Below the pieces are notes generated by a model, which saw only the letters and a list, made by a program, of their open reading frames with translations, did no database searches and had not been told where the DNA came from. Shown here piece by piece: positions 24,103 through 37,764 of a stretch of DNA of 64,000 bases. This DNA comes from Penicillus capitatus (lineage: Eukaryota > Plantae > Chlorophyta), in the NCBI GenBank assembly GCA_965649825.1, contig OZ287711.1, forward strand, positions 355,201 to 419,200. Direction: 5' to 3'. A program made the position numbers and the translations under genes. How positions within the stretch are numbered: position 1 is the first letter of the stretch; each line of letters opens with the position of its first letter.

Positions 24103-25398
24103 TCAATCGACGCGTTCTTCTTTGGACGGACCTTCTGGATCTTCTCCTTCGGACGGATCTGCCGGCACTTCAGCTTCGAAGCAACGAAGGAGCTCGTCGC
24201 AGGATTTCTCCCATGGGCCGTACTCGCGTCTAATGAAAATTTCTATCTTTCCGGCAAGAACTTTCCACACTTCATGAACTTTTCTCTTGTACGTTTTGCG
24301 GATCTCTCTTGTGACGATGTACTCCACGTCGATCTCTTCATTCTTGGCGACGTACACGATCTCCTCCTCTTCTATGTCCTTGGCATCTTTCGTATCTTTG
24401 CTTTCTTTTGTGTCTTTGGCCTCTTTTTTCGGTTGACTTAAAGCCAGTACTGCACCTCCCAACCCAACTCCAAGCGCGAGTAGGAAACCGACCGGTCCAA
24501 GAGAAACAGCTGGAGCAGCTGGAGCAGCAAATGACAAAATCGCGGGTATCTCAGATATGGCTGCCGTCGCACCAGCAGTATACGCCGTTGCACCAGCAGC
24601 GTACCCTACTGCTCCCACGTTACAAGCAACAGATGCCGCAGCCATACCTTGTACTAGGGTAGAGTTATCGACAACTGCCTTCTTCGTGATAAATATGATC
24701 GACCTTGTTTTGCGCCGTGTAACGCGAGTTTTCTTCTCATCCTTCTCCCTTATTTTCTCTGGGGAGCTCGGTCGTCTGACTTCAAATCCATCAAATAGGG
24801 GGCTTGAGAAGTCCAGCTTCTTTCTGGAGGGTGTCAGGGCTTCGTAGAAATCCAAAATCTCCGAGACGTCATTGTCGTACAACTGACGACTTTCCGGGGC
24901 TATTTGTAGGAAAGTTTGCAAACGAAAGGTTTCGATCGGTTCTATCCCACACTGTTTACGGATTTCATGAGCCCTTTCGCCGATTGCGGATACGTCATCC
25001 ATTCTAACAGCGACGACAATCTCCGAAAAAACAGCCACCATCTTCATTAGCAAATTCTTCTCTAGAGCGGACAGCGTCTGGATGATGACGAGCGGCGGAT
25101 AGAAATTCGCTTTTCCGGTTTCTCCAAGAAAACGGAGCAGGCTCTCTTCGGGAATGTCCGCTCCTCCGCTGTCATCGAAGCCGACCGTATCCACCATTCT
25201 AACATCACGATCACCAAGATGCATGGGATATCCCTTTGTCTCCGTCGTGTGCGAAACCAGACTTCTGGAGACGATGTCTGGGAGCGCTTCTCCTTCGAGA
25301 GTGCGGTGGGCGGTAGAGATGAATTCGCCTTTTCCGATCCGCGTCCTTCCGACGACGAGGAACACGGGGAACTGAGAAGAGTCGGCTTGACAAGCCAT
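24103..25398 (-). CDS. AIG1/Toc34-like GTPase with hydrophobic hairpin, paralog 2, intronless, 431 aa
   Basis: GRTRIGKGE, SHT, DTVG; long Ala/Gly hydrophobic segment; conserved tail EVWKVLAG..EYGPWEK. Confidence 0.88.
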   Translation of the reverse strand: MACQADSSQFPVFLVVGRTRIGKGEFISTAHRTLEGEALPDIVSRSLVSHTTETKGYPMHLGDRDVRMVDTVGFDDSGGADIPEESLLRFLGETGKANFYPPLVIIQTLSALEKNLLMKMVAVFSEIVVAVRMDDVSAIGERAHEIRKQCGIEPIETFRLQTFLQIAPESRQLYDNDVSEILDFYEALTPSRKKLDFSSPLFDGFEVRRPSSPEKIREKDEKKTRVTRRKTRSIIFITKKAVVDNSTLVQGMAAASVACNVGAVGYAAGATAYTAGATAAISEIPAILSFAAPAAPAVSLGPVGFLLALGVGLGGAVLALSQPKKEAKDTKESKDTKDAKDIEEEEIVYVAKNEEIDVEYIVTREIRKTYKRKVHEVWKVLAGKIEIFIRREYGPWEKSCDELLRCFEAEVPADPSEGEDPEGPSKEERVD

Positions 25399-26729
25399 GT
25401 GGCGAAAACCCTAACGTCGTCCTCAACAAACGGTATTCTCAAACACAAGTGGCTGAAACGTAGAGAAACTCAAAAACGCCAAACGAAGACAGTCCAAAAA
25501 GCGTTTGTCGCACTGTCTGACACGGCTTTATCTGGCGAACGATACGAGATTGTCGATGAATATGGTATCAGGCTATTTTAAGATCTTGACACGTGTCAGC
25601 TGTCGCGTTCATTATGGGAGGCATAATGCAGTGCATCTCGAATCCTCCAGCAATGCCCCTGAGGAAGGGACAGGCGAACGTGCTGCAAAGTGTACAGCTT
25701 TCTTCTTTAGCGTTGTGCATCCTATCTGCATTTATGCAGCTCGAGAAGGTGATATCATCTCTGAAAGGCATGATCCTTTGCTTGATTTCACAATCTGCAC
25801 GGCTGATATGATCTCGAATAGTTTTCCTTGTGGTCCTTGTGGTCTTCGAGTTGTTTGACGGGGTTTCGGACATCTAGTGATCAATGATTTAGAGACTTCA
25901 GCTCGTAAACACACCTCAGTTATGTCTAGAAGAAACAATGTTTGCAGAGGATCTTATCAACGTAGTTGAGCGCAGTGAGAACAGATGACTTCTGGCTGAA
26001 GCGATAAGAATTTCGTACGTGAATCACGTTTAACGTGTTGGTTGCTAGATACGAGCGCACCGCTGTAAAAATGCTCGTGGCATTGGTGTGGTGATGCATT
26101 TAATGCTGGTTCAACCCGTCAGCCGTATGGGATGCATTTCTTGTTGTGGAATGAGAACTGTTGGTACCGGCAGTCATCTCGAAGGGCTCTCGTACCGATC
26201 GAATTCGCCATCTTCTCCGATGCGATCCGACGTCAGGCGACGTCACATCGTGAACTTCCAACCCATAAAAGGCGGAACGCAGTTGTCATTCCCGTCTTTC
26301 AGTCTCCTGCGTTTCTTTCGACCTCCGATTGCCTCGTATCTGAACGGGCGACGGTGAACTTGGCAGGTAGGTCAATATACACTGTCGTTGCGACGCCGAC
26401 ACAGTGTCTCCGTCGGCGCAGCTCTTCGCGTCTTTAGGCGAACGACCCGTAGACGAGCTATTTCAGTTGACCTCAACGAAGGGTACGTTTCTGCCACTGT
26501 CGGTTCATTCGGCGCTTGTCTTGAGTCTGCAGGTCGCTTCGCGCAGAAGCTGAAGACGGAAACGTGGTCGGAGAGAGAACACGGACGAGGGCGCCCCTTC
26601 GCGCCAAATTCTGAAGGTAAGTTCCCCGATCAGAGAGGGCTCTGAACTAACGCCAAGTTTCTTCTTCACGTAGGCGGCATTCGAGAAGTCCGTAAAAGCA
26701 GGTGTTTTTTATGTTTTTTTTGCAGAGAC

Positions 26730-26898
26730 GAGGACGGACGCTGACGGGCGGGCTACGGCCTGCGAGGACGGACGCTGACGGGCGGGCTACGGCCTGCGAG
26801 GACGGACGCTGACGGGCGGGCTACGGCCTGCGAGGACGGACGCTGACGGGCGGGCTACGGCCTGCGAGGACGGACGCTGACGGGCGGGCTACGGCCTG
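26730..26898. repeat. 34-bp tandem repeat (about 5 units), each with a GCGGGC-TACG-GCCTGC hairpin
   Basis: tgacgggcgggctacggcct recurs at 26742, 26776, 26810, 26844, 26878. Confidence 0.95.
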
Positions 26899-28660
26899 TC
26901 TTCCATGGTGGTGGCCACCGCCTTTCTAATTTTTTGTTCATTATCTACTCGCATGCTTCCCTCGAGAACCGGTCTCGGTTCCCGACGGGATAGCCTAATT
27001 TTTGTCGGGCGTTCTATGCGCCAGACGAGCGCCGCGCGGCTGAACAGATCCTGTTCGATCGCGCGACGCTCGTCTGGCATATACTCCGCCAGACAACATC
27101 ACCACTCACCATAGATCCTAATCACATGGATCTCTTCGGGTGGTCAACTGTGAAGGGTGGACTGAAATCCCATCCACTGTCTTTTAGTTTTCATCTGTTA
27201 TCGAGAACGTGATCTCGATACCAAGTCAGAGAAAGGAAGAACACTGCCTATTAATGCAGGATGGCTTTTCTTTGAGAGAAGTACAGGTTTTTGACTTAGG
27301 AAGTTAATGCATTGCTTAATCCTGTTACAAAGTGACATCTGATGTAAGGAATCGGGAAACTGCAGTTTGTGCAATTCGGTAACCGTGTCTATGCATAGGA
27401 AAGCGTGCACTCTTTACGAGACATCTGCTCTGATTTCATCCACTTACCATCGTCTCACAGCGTCTTGGTGCCAGTCGAGAGAGGCACACGTTTTTTAGGG
27501 CTAGCTGTTAAAATGGATAGATCGATCGATCTTGTCTCACACCTGTCCTGCATTGAACATGTTCGAGTGTGTAAGTCATTGCTCCCCGAACAGACGCTTT
27601 TCTATGAAACTGTCACAGCAGCGCTTCTTTTCTGTTGACATCCGCCGACTTCGTCTCGCAGCCGATAAATTTCGTTTTACGTCTCCGCGATTCGCCGAGA
27701 GTTGATTTCATCGTTGTAGAGAGACCAAAGACTTCTGCAAAAGAGATACGACAGATGACGCAACAGAGGACCGAAGTTCCTCCAGCATCTCTGAACGGAA
27801 GCCACTGCGTTATCAACTGTCCGCCTGAAAGTGTATATCTCACGTGTCTCGTCACAGGAAGGCGCCTTTCTCCTCCTTATTGACACCTTCCCCTTTCTGT
27901 ACGCTCACTTTGACCTCTTGTTAGATTCACAGCAGACCGTGGATGACTAACGGCGAAGGAAGCCAGCCAAATGATTAATTCTGTGCGGCCCTATCCCGAA
28001 CGACGTCCGAGGCAAACGCTTTTCGGATTTGGCAGACGCAGAGGTCGAAACGTCCGAGATGACTGACAGCAAGCACTGTCAAGTACATCTCAGATGTACA
28101 GCTCTACGTCTCGCCACTCGGATCTGCAGTTGCCTGCTCGTTCTCCTCGCTTTCGCGACTCGATGCGCGTTTGCTCTGCAAACGCGAAGATGGCAGTCGC
28201 GCGACTGACATCTCGGATTCTCGATTGACGCTAAGCATGTTTGGACGAATCCCCTGAGCCCTGTGTGCATGTCATTGCCTGTCTGTAACGAATATCTCTC
28301 GCGCGAACGGACGCCCGCTCTAACCCTTTCTTTACCCCCACGTACTGCTTACATCAGCGACGATGTGACTGTTCCAACATCCAAGAGACAGGTAAGTGAC
28401 AGATCGATGCAAACAACTCGCTGCGCTGAAAACCGTCAACAATCAGACAACCTTTCTTTCATTCGTTGCGTTCCCCGTGCTAGCCACACTTAGGGAAGAC
28501 TTGCATGACGACTATCGACGTTCAGTCGCCGACAGCAACACGCAATGTAAACGAAAAACGTCCCCCCGAACTCCACGGACAGAATTGGTGGGTCTTCTTC
28601 TTCGACTTGTCGTCAAATCAGGCAAGACAGACCACGACGTCGATCATCAATACACGGTGC

Positions 28661-30108
28661 TTAATCATCAATACACGGCTGATCATGTTTGCGATAAGAG
28701 CGTTCCAGAATCTCGTCATCGCCGACTTTCTCCCACGGTCCGCATTCAAACCCCTTGAAGACTGCGATATCCCCAGCGACTACCTTCCATACTTCTACGA
28801 CTTCTCTCTCGGACGTGCTGCGGATCTTCTCTGTAACGACGAACAGCTCCTCAACTTTTCGTTGTTTTTCGACGTATCTAATCTTCTCTTTTCTTCCAAG
28901 TATTGCTCCAATTGTTCCATGTACAGCGCCATACACTGCAATAGGGATTCCCACTGGAGGAAGTGCGAACCACATCATTGTTCCAGTCCAGACCATCGTG
29001 CCGCTGATTACTCCGTGCAACAAAGCGTCCGTGTCGTCGACTTCGCTCTTGCGAAATGGAACAGATCTTGTTGTGCTCTGTGTTTCGAGTCTTTCTACTG
29101 AAACGACGTGGCTTCTTGTTTCTGGCAGGCTCGATCTTCTCTCCAAATGTCCAGCGAATAGCGGACTGAAAAAGTTTAGCTTCTTTCTGGAAGGCGTTAA
29201 TGTTTTGTAGAAGTTCAGAATCGTCGAGACACCGTCAGCGTAAAGATGCTGCGTTGTCCCGTTGTCGAGGTGTGCAGGCATGAACATTTGTAACGGGAAG
29301 ATTATGATCGGTCTAATCTGGCACGCTTCAGCAATATGGTCTCGTATGTCATCGACAGAAGGTGCGATATCCGTTCGGAAAGCGACGACGATGTGTCGGG
29401 TGTCGATGTAACGATGCGCTTCACACGAATCGGCTCTCAGCGAGAACGACGACGTGAACGCACGCTCAGACCGCGAACACAGGAATACGAGTTAGATTAC
29501 ATGAAACTGTCGCGTTTAAGTACTCGCGGTGGTTGGGGATTCCCTAACCTCAAGAGCAACAGCTGTGAACTCCTGCCCACGTTCAACAACCATCAGCCTA
29601 CCGTTATTGTAACAGCAGGTCAGAGGCGAACACCCGTCGCGACCGATGGTCAGCGCGCCAGGGTGGTTCTTCGCCGACGCAACCGTTCTGATGGCTGTGG
29701 CGGGCGACGTGACATCTGCATATCCGACACGATGTCTGTAAAGACGGAGGCCATCTTTATCAACAGCTCTATCTCCAGCGCAGACAGCGCCTGAATCATG
29801 ACCAACGGCGGATAGAAATCTGCCTTCCTCGTGTACGCAAACTGGAGCAATGTCTCCTCGGGAATGTCCATCTCGCCGATGTCATCGACGCCGACGGTGT
29901 CCGCCATGCTTACGTCTTTGTCGCCAAGACGCATCGGGTATCCCTGCGTCATCTCGGTGTGCGAATGAAGATCGTGCGATACGATGTCTGGAAGTCCGCT
30001 GCCGTGGAGGATGCGGTTGGCTGTGGAAATGAATTCGCTCTTCCCAATTCTCGTCCTCCCGACGACGAGAAGCGTAGGGCGATCTTGAAGATCCGCCTGA
30101 AGATTCAT
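28661..30108 (-). pseudogene. GTPase paralog 3 disrupted by a solo LTR
   Basis: GRTRIGKSE and DTVG upstream. Removing 29394-29729 plus one TSD restores the frame SVFTDI-VVAFRTD and joins ORF 28661-29287 (EVWKVVAG..CGPWEK). Confidence 0.9.
29394..29729 (-). mobile_element. Solo LTR (336 bp) of the 53352-55814 family
   Basis: TGTCGG...CCGACA ends, TSD CGATG on both sides, about 3 substitutions relative to the full element's LTRs. Confidence 0.97.
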
Positions 30109-31304
30109 TTGACGCGCACGTGAAGGTGGAAACGAGGCGACCGTATGTACTCGACGCAAAAAGCAGAGAAGAAAAACGCAGAAACGCCGAACATTGACAG
30201 TCGGAGAACCGTTCGGTGTGCTGTCTGACGCGACTTTATACCTGAAACTGCGACGCTGTCGAGAAAGTCCGCGTAGATGATCCCGAATTCGGGACACGTG
30301 GCAACTGTTTCATCTGGAAAGCGTGCGTTTGTGCATTGATGGAATCCCATCACCCTTGAGAAAACAGCGCCGTCCGTGTTGTTCGCTTCGAAAGGCCACA
30401 CCGACTAACTGTTTTACTCGATCGAATCCATTACTCGACTTAGGAAGTGTTTCTGTACCCACAGCACACGCCGAAGGTTACACGAACGAACAAAATGATG
30501 TGCCAGGTCTTGGGCCATAGGTGTCTGCCGTCACGACGCTCGCAGAATTGTTTACGAGTATCGTATTGCGGTGTTTCAGGTCTCATTATCCTGTCGCGAA
30601 ATCGGTCAACTTGACGAGGAGAGACGCATGTGTGCTGCCTACTGCGCCACTATGATAAAATGAAAGCACAGTATCCGACGGACTGACATGACGTGACGAG
30701 CTTCTCGATACGCTCAGCGGTTTACGTCCACGTAAAGCTCTCGCGGCTGGCGCACGGAAGGGATGCCATCTAATGCAATGACGGCAGTCGATTGCCGCAT
30801 GCAATTGTCGGAATCACGAAGTTCCCCTTGCTTAATGTCACTCCAATCCTTGGTTCAAACAAGACTGCTGGTCCAATTTGAACGGCCATACCCGTTCTGG
30901 CGCTGTTTCTAGATCGTCTTTTTGTTTTTCTTTTCGTCGACGGCGCTGACAATCTTCACCGAGAGAAGGCACAAACACTGTCGCAAGCGAAGAGTCATCA
31001 AACATGAGATGACTGACCCTTCAGTCATAAGTGTTGTCTTTCAACTCGACACTTCGTTTACGAGAGCGAGGACTTCGAGACTATCGATCCCCAGGAGTTG
31101 GTCGACCTTTGAAATCCATCACAACGCAGAAGAGCAAAAGCGAGTGCTGCGTGATGACCAACACCATGCGCTCAATTAGATTGAATCGAGAGTACAATGA
31201 ACGAAGATATGGTTTTAGCGTTAACGAATAAATGTCGCTTCGTAATTGGACCTGCTCATTTTTCCGTTCTGCATTTGACGACGAAACTTCATGCGTCACT
31301 TTTG

Positions 31305-33058
31305 ATGAAGCGCCGGTACTCGAAGAAGAAGACTTCGCAGAGCTCCGCCACTACTCAGCAGGCGGAGGTCCATACGGTCGCAGTGACAGACGTCACGGAG
31401 AACATTCTCCAGTCGCATGCCGACACAGTTATCGACGCAGCGCAACCGTTAAGCGTCCTTCTCGAACAGGAAGATCTGCTTCAGAAGGTTCTCTCATTCG
31501 TCGCTGAAGACGGACTGCATGAATGTCGACGTGTCTGTCGACGATGGCGCGAAGCTTGTGGGAAAGTGCCGGTGAAGATACGCAGAGTGCGGCCAGACGA
31601 GCTGGGCAAAGTCGCTGACCTGTTCCCCAAGACCTCCTCGCTGACAATATACCATTGGCTCAAAACCGCAAACGCTGTGGAGAAAGAACTGATTCCGCAT
31701 CTAACTCGACTCAGAGACCTCAACCAGCTGGATCTGTCTCTATCCAAGATGGCAATAGACGTAAACCCATTACTGGGATGTCTTCCGTCGATGCAACGTC
31801 TCCGAATGCTATGCATACGAGTGGGTCGTGAGGACACCTTGCACGATGTCGTCCACGTCCTGCGTCGTTTGGAGAACCTGCTGTCTCTCGATCTCTCTGT
31901 CGACTGTGTCATCCAAAGAGATCTGGAACCCGTTGCCGAGCTGCAAGGACTGAAGGAGCTGGTGGTGGACATTCAGGTGCTTTTCAACAGCCGTCATGAG
32001 CTTCTTCTGCCTTCACTGACAGGACTCGTGCACCTGACTGTCGGTCACTTTCCCTACAAGTACCCACCGCCTTCTGATTTCCACCTCCAGGTTTGTCAAT
32101 CCTTACACGCGTCTATCTTTTCCCTGAACGTCTTCTGTAGATGATCTTACCGTATGCCCACTCGCTGCAGGCACTGGATATTTGCCAGATGTTCAAACGC
32201 TTACCGTCAGCGAGAGAATACCCTTGGAGAGCGTTCCGTCGTCTGTCAGATCTTTCGCTTTACAACATCACTCAACAAGAGAATAGCTTTTTCCAAGGAA
32301 TACGGCAGATGCAGGACTTGACCAGACTGAAGTTGCACGCACCCCTAGGCGCAAATATAAGCGCCTTTGTAGAGTGCATAGAGTTTCTGACCGGACTGAA
32401 ATCGCTTATTTTCCTAGACGATATTCCAACGGTCGTCTCACCCGAAATCACAAAACGCCTTACCATTCTCACTCAGCTCACACAGCTGTTCCTGCGTGAT
32501 TCGCCAGAAGGCCATCCCCTGCATCTACCACAGGGAATCGTCGATCTTGAACTTAGAACGCCGTTAAGTTTTCCAACCGACCTGCCCGAAGTGCTGCTGG
32601 ACATGACAAATCTCAAGTCCCTGAACATCCGCAGTGGCAGGACGATGCATTTGTTCCACACGACTGGCGTGACACCATTTCATTTATTCAAGCGGCTTGG
32701 GCAGTTGAAGGCACTGACATTGTGGAATGCCTGTCTGGATCGCCCGTTACTCGACGCATTCGTCGCCTTGATCGGCCTGACGGAGCTACGCCTCGGTGGT
32801 CGCAAGACACAAGTGGACCACGGACGTCTTTGTCAACAAGTGCGTCTTCTCTCGAATCTGAGGGTGCTGGAGATTCCGTTCCCCGAACGCTTAATCGATC
32901 ATCAAGCTGGAATGCTATGTGGAGGTTTGCCCAAGCTTAGGACAATAGATCTCCCTCTTTATCACACCATAGATACCAACACACACGCATCACTGTTTGA
33001 GGCCTTTCCGTGTCTTCGCAATGTTAACAGGCGCGGGAGGATGCCGACACCCTTATGA
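31305..33058 (+). CDS. F-box-like + LRR protein, paralog 4
   Basis: LLQKVLSFVAEDGLHECRRVCRRW; intron 32091-32140 (50 nt) joins HLQ to MILPYAHSLQAL; start ATG 31305 tentative. Confidence 0.85.
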
Positions 33059-34179
33059 GGTACCGCCCTCCTCTCTCTACAGTTTTCTCTTGATCGAGAA
33101 CACGTATTCTCAAGTCCATTATCTCCTACTGTGGTTTCTTGTTAAGTCCCTCGGCAACAGTAGTTGCGTGGATGAGTCAAACCACTGCCATCACATTACT
33201 GTATTTCTTCTGCTACATCAAGCTTTCTTGAGCGGAAAGGAACTGTTGAACGTGTAAAGTATGTCACAAAACGGCACAATTTGCAACGGGACAATAGATG
33301 TGCTTCAGCGTCCGGTACAAAACGCAGATGCGTGATAACCGACCGCCATCAGTCAAGTGATTCCTAGATACAGGGTACTCAACACTATACAAATGAGAAG
33401 GGTGACTCCTAAGGTACACGGGCCCTGCATTGCGTATGCGCTCGTGCGCCTTTCTTTACAAACACTGACACACTCTTGGTGAATTTCGCCCCCTTCTGAC
33501 ATCGTCGTAGAAGTCTAGGTGGCTCTGTATGTATGCTCTGTACTTTATTGCTGTCGGATTTGCTGTTTAGTACAACGCTACGCAATTTCGGGTTCATATT
33601 TGTCTGCAAAGGGTATGCGAAGAGAGAGAAAGTGTATGTGTCGACAATTCATTCATCGCGGTCGATGTAAGTAAGGACAACAAAAGCGATCGAATTTCTA
33701 AAACAGGACAAGCATGCATTGATCCTTCGTCGTCGAACGCGGTATGGTTCCTCTATCGCAACTTGCGTCTTTGCAATCGCATCTCCCGCTAGATACGTCA
33801 TTCCTTTCTCTTGTTTCTTTCAGTTGAATCATCTTTCCACTCTCGAACGGCTGCACATTGTATCTGGATCGGGTTTGCTGTCATGCCCTCGCAACATCTT
33901 CCAGGAAGGCAGTTTTCCTAGACACGGGATGTTTAGCATTCGTCTTGGCGACATCGCAGACGACAAGCGCCGCAGAATGATGAAGTGATTCCTCTGTCTT
34001 GTTACTCTGAAGTCGGGATGCTTTCCAGTGAAGAAACTGGATAGTCAGATCTCAACCTGTGTGTACGTGCACTTTCCACCACGGACAGCGCGGACTGTCA
34101 ACGTCACATCACTGAGCAGTTACGTCGCCAAAAGGGCATACTCTGAAGCCCACACGCGCATTTCGAGAAGGCACGAAGG

Positions 34180-34878
34180 ATGATGCAGGCGTGCAACTCG
34201 CTGCTGCGAAGGACGTCGCTGTGGGGTGTTCTGCGTACGGCATCAACTCGCATTTCGAAGGTCAAGATCCCTCGAGCGTCTCCGCGCTCTGTCCGGCGCC
34301 GTGTGATGCAGGTCACAGGTGGCGAACCTTCAGACTCCAGTCCGCAGAGGACCCTCGCGAGACTCAAAGTCCGCCGTGTCGAACGTCGCTCTCCGCATCT
34401 GCCGTACTCTTTCCGCAGGAGATCGAAAAGAAGGAAGCTAAAATCGATGCCTTTTTGAAATCGATCGGGGATTACGACCCGAAAATTGACAGCAACAGGC
34501 CTGAGGCGTTTAAATATGTAAGGGACAAGATCGAAGCGACACGGCAGGAAACAAAGCGATGCGAAGCGGAACTGGAGGAAAAGGTGGGCGCGTAAGAATG
34601 ACAGACATCCCGTTGAGCGCAGAGACGTCTTAGACAAGGGAAGTGAACATTCAGAAGGTCAAGTTGGAGTTGACGATGGACGACTTGAAGCGTCTCTCTG
34701 CGAAGAAGGAAGATCTCGAAGAAGAAGTGTCAGATTTGCGCAGAGAGCGCTACAATCTCGAACAAGACGTGATCTATATGCCCCTCGTCATGCAACGATT
34801 AATAGTATGCTGTTCTGGGTGTAGGTCCAGATAGCCAGGAGCACGGCGGAGAACAGCCGCCGGAGATCTGGTTTCTAG
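34180..34878 (+). CDS. Small multi-exon coiled-coil protein of unknown function
   Basis: Phase-0 GT-AG introns 34369-34418, 34584-34633, 34769-34824 give a continuous E/K-rich heptad-like sequence (EIEKKEAKIDAFLK...LSAKKEDLEEEVSDLRRERYNLEQD) ending at TAG 34878. 5' end uncertain. Confidence 0.5.
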
Positions 34879-36372
34879 ACGGATCCGCTTTTCAGACGAA
34901 CAACCATCTTCCTGTTTTTGACGCAAGGTCTGGGAGGCCGAAAAGTTTATGCAGATGTTCGGCTGAAATGGAGAGACTCTCTGTGTTTTGCAGCACCAGA
35001 CAGATCAGCCAGTGTGTAAGCGGAGTGCGCGGAGTTTTTCGGCGCGAATTCCGCAGTACGCGTTAACAAGGCAGCCTCGAACAGGGTAGGGGATGGGGCA
35101 AAACAGAGAGGAGCTGGCATCGAGTCGTTTGCCGCGTTACACTGTCTCAGTCATCGGTTGGCGAACTGGAGGATTAAAATTCTCTGGATCATTTTCACAG
35201 GGATAACTGTTTCGAGGCAGCACAGAACAGACCGACAAGAGCACAAGCTCCATCGTCGGCGACCGAGAACAAGAACCAGCACGAACACACATGGCGTCAC
35301 GCATACTGAGTCTTACAGAGAAGAATGAAAGCAGAAGACCATCTCGGAAATGGCTTCAGAGCGCACGACATTCCGTCGTTCTCGCTGACGCGACATGGCT
35401 CTTGTTTCCACGCGTGATTCGGAGGACACTTAATGTCATCGAAACGCATCAACGCCGGAATTTCATCTCGTGCTAGTAGTTTGATGGGCGTATAAACGAG
35501 GATGCCGTCCAAGAATTTGGGCGTTGGTTTCGGCGAACTTCCACATTGAAGGCAATCGCAAGATGCCGACGCCAAGAACACAAAATGCATTAGATAGAGG
35601 AATCGAATCGCCTTTGTTCGTCTCTCCGCCAAAATAGCTCGATCCGAGTACAATCGACAGTGGACAGTCGAATAATATGCTTATGTTTTCTTGTTCCGCA
35701 TCGCAAGAACTCCTTGGAATCCTACCTCCTCTACGACGCAGAACTCTAGACTTGAAACTTCGGGAAACGGGCGAATCTGTACAGGCAGCGGATGCTTGGG
35801 AAACAATGGTTTAGCTGTCATCGTGCCAACGAAGCATCTTACTACGCGAGACAGTGTCGTGTGTTACGCTATTGGCGGGACCAGGCAAAGTTGCACGCGT
35901 AAGAAACAATGGGATGCGACAGGTATGCTCGATAGCGGTCGGTGGCTATATTTTACGTCGTCGTCTCCATACTCCGTCCGCTAACCACTGACAGATTCGG
36001 TAAAAGCATCATCAACGCTCGTTTGGCAAACGTGAAAGACAAGGTGACGTATTCCCGATGAGCACGAGTACTAACTCGTTGATCTGCTGCCTCGTTACGC
36101 AGCGTTTTCACAAATGACCAGAGATCCATCAGTCAATCTAAGAATGTAGGAGCTACGAATTGCAAAAGTTTTGCGTAGCAGTCGACAGAGGTTAGAAACG
36201 TCCTTTCAGAACAAGTCTCGTTGGTAAAGAACCGCAAAATTTGTCAACAATAAGTTAGAGAATGACTTCGTTCCACACTTTCCACGAGGTGACATTCTCT
36301 GGAAGCGGCCGCAAAGCCGCGAGAGTGAGTTCCACACGTTTTTCGGGTCACATCAAAACTGTCGCGCCAGCG

Positions 36373-36552
36373 CTATTATTAGCAAACCTCCGACCTATTA
36401 TTAGCAAACCTCCGACCTATTATTAGCAAACCTCCGACCTATTATTAGCAAACCTCCGACCTATTATTAGCAAACCTCCGACCTATTACCGGCAAACCTC
36501 CGACCTATTACCGGCAAACCTCCGACCTATTACCGGCAAACCTCCGACCTAT
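36373..36552. repeat. 22-bp tandem array (8 units) CTATTATTAGCAAACCTCCGAC
   Basis: 22-bp period; first 5 units TTAG variant, last 3 units CCGG variant. Confidence 0.97.
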
Positions 36553-37470
36553 TTTTGGATGAAAACCGTCGCCGACATTTTCACGGCGATGGACTGCCCA
36601 GGGAGAAGGGGAACACGTGGTGTCGTTGTTAGAACGTGCTGGTTCTTTGTAGACAAGTGCCTCGCGTGACCCGGGAGTGACCTCGTGGTCGCCAATAGGT
36701 TGGTCGTCGGGAGAGTTATCGGCGGTACCGTTGATAGGGGGTCCGTCTCAGAGGTGGGTGCGCTTCTTCACAGACCTCTGGGTCAAGGGGTCCAGGGGAT
36801 ACTAGATTTTCCGGACTCGGAGGCGGGCAATCGACACTTTGCTCCTCTGAGCTGCGGGCGACGTTGTACAAGCTTTTTTCCGCAACACGGTCGGCTCTGC
36901 GCTAGAGAAGTTCCGCTCGCTCGTTCCGGCGGCAAGTATTTAGGCTCTCTTGTAATGTGGGATACAGCGGCGGGTACGGAACAAACGCACGGGAGATTCC
37001 GTTTTCATCGTCGCTGGCCGGGGTGGCAAGCGAACGCTACGTTAACAAAGGTAAAGGATCGACAAAGGAACGATGTCCTACGGCCTTTATCGGCCCTTTT
37101 TGATGCGACGTTCTAGGCAGATGAGTCATCTCCTATGCAAAATCAGACACCAGCGTCCTTGAATGCTTAAGAGGTCTCTCTGACAAGACCTTCAGTATCC
37201 CTTCCACCGCCTGTCCCATTTCCAGCAAGACAGTTCCGATGTGACCCGTCCCTTCATATTTTATCGGCCTCATCTAGCCCATCTTGTTACACGTGGGTGA
37301 GGGGCCATTTGCCGTCTTATCAAAGTGACCCTTCGAGATGCGGGGGTTGCCTTTTCCTGGTTCTGGCAGCGTGCTGACTCGCCTTCCCAGGGAGTTACGT
37401 CACCTAGATGGGATAAGAGGTTGGAGACGTATTGGGCTTTGCTTTTCTGATGCGTTCTTTGTAAGACGTT

Positions 37471-37764
37471 TTGAACTCGCTACCGGCCATTCTGGCTAAC
37501 GACGACGAAGTTGAGCGAGACATTACGCGCGCCTATGTGCCTTACGCACAGTTGTATCCCATATTTCAGGAGAGCCTGAACCGCTTTCGACAAGAAGAAC
37601 ACTCGGAGCTCTTGCGCCGGGGCGCGGAACGAATCGTTCATAACGTAGGCCTCTACGACTCCCGGAGGAGCTCGGAAGACCGCGGCACCGACATCCCTGT
37701 CATCCTCGAGAAACTCATGACCTTTGGATCTTCAGAGGCACACTTAGAGGCAAAAGAGGAATAA
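37471..37764 (+). pseudogene. Orphan coding fragment, homologous to the relic at 57176-57560
   Basis: LANDDEVERDITRAYVPY..LLRRGAER..YDSRRSSEDR aligns with LASEDDVERDISRATVPY..LLHRGAER..FDSRGSSEDR on the minus strand at 57.3-57.5 kb. Confidence 0.6.

Larger units (their letters stand above)
26190..30400. repeat. Segmental duplication, copy B (partner about 5690-9660)
   Basis: Same collinear blocks as copy A; carries an extra solo LTR. Confidence 0.85.

Noticed and set aside
35640-36000. Helicase/P-loop relic (LLAGPGK)
   Set aside because: Not a full Walker A, and the frame is interrupted by stops.
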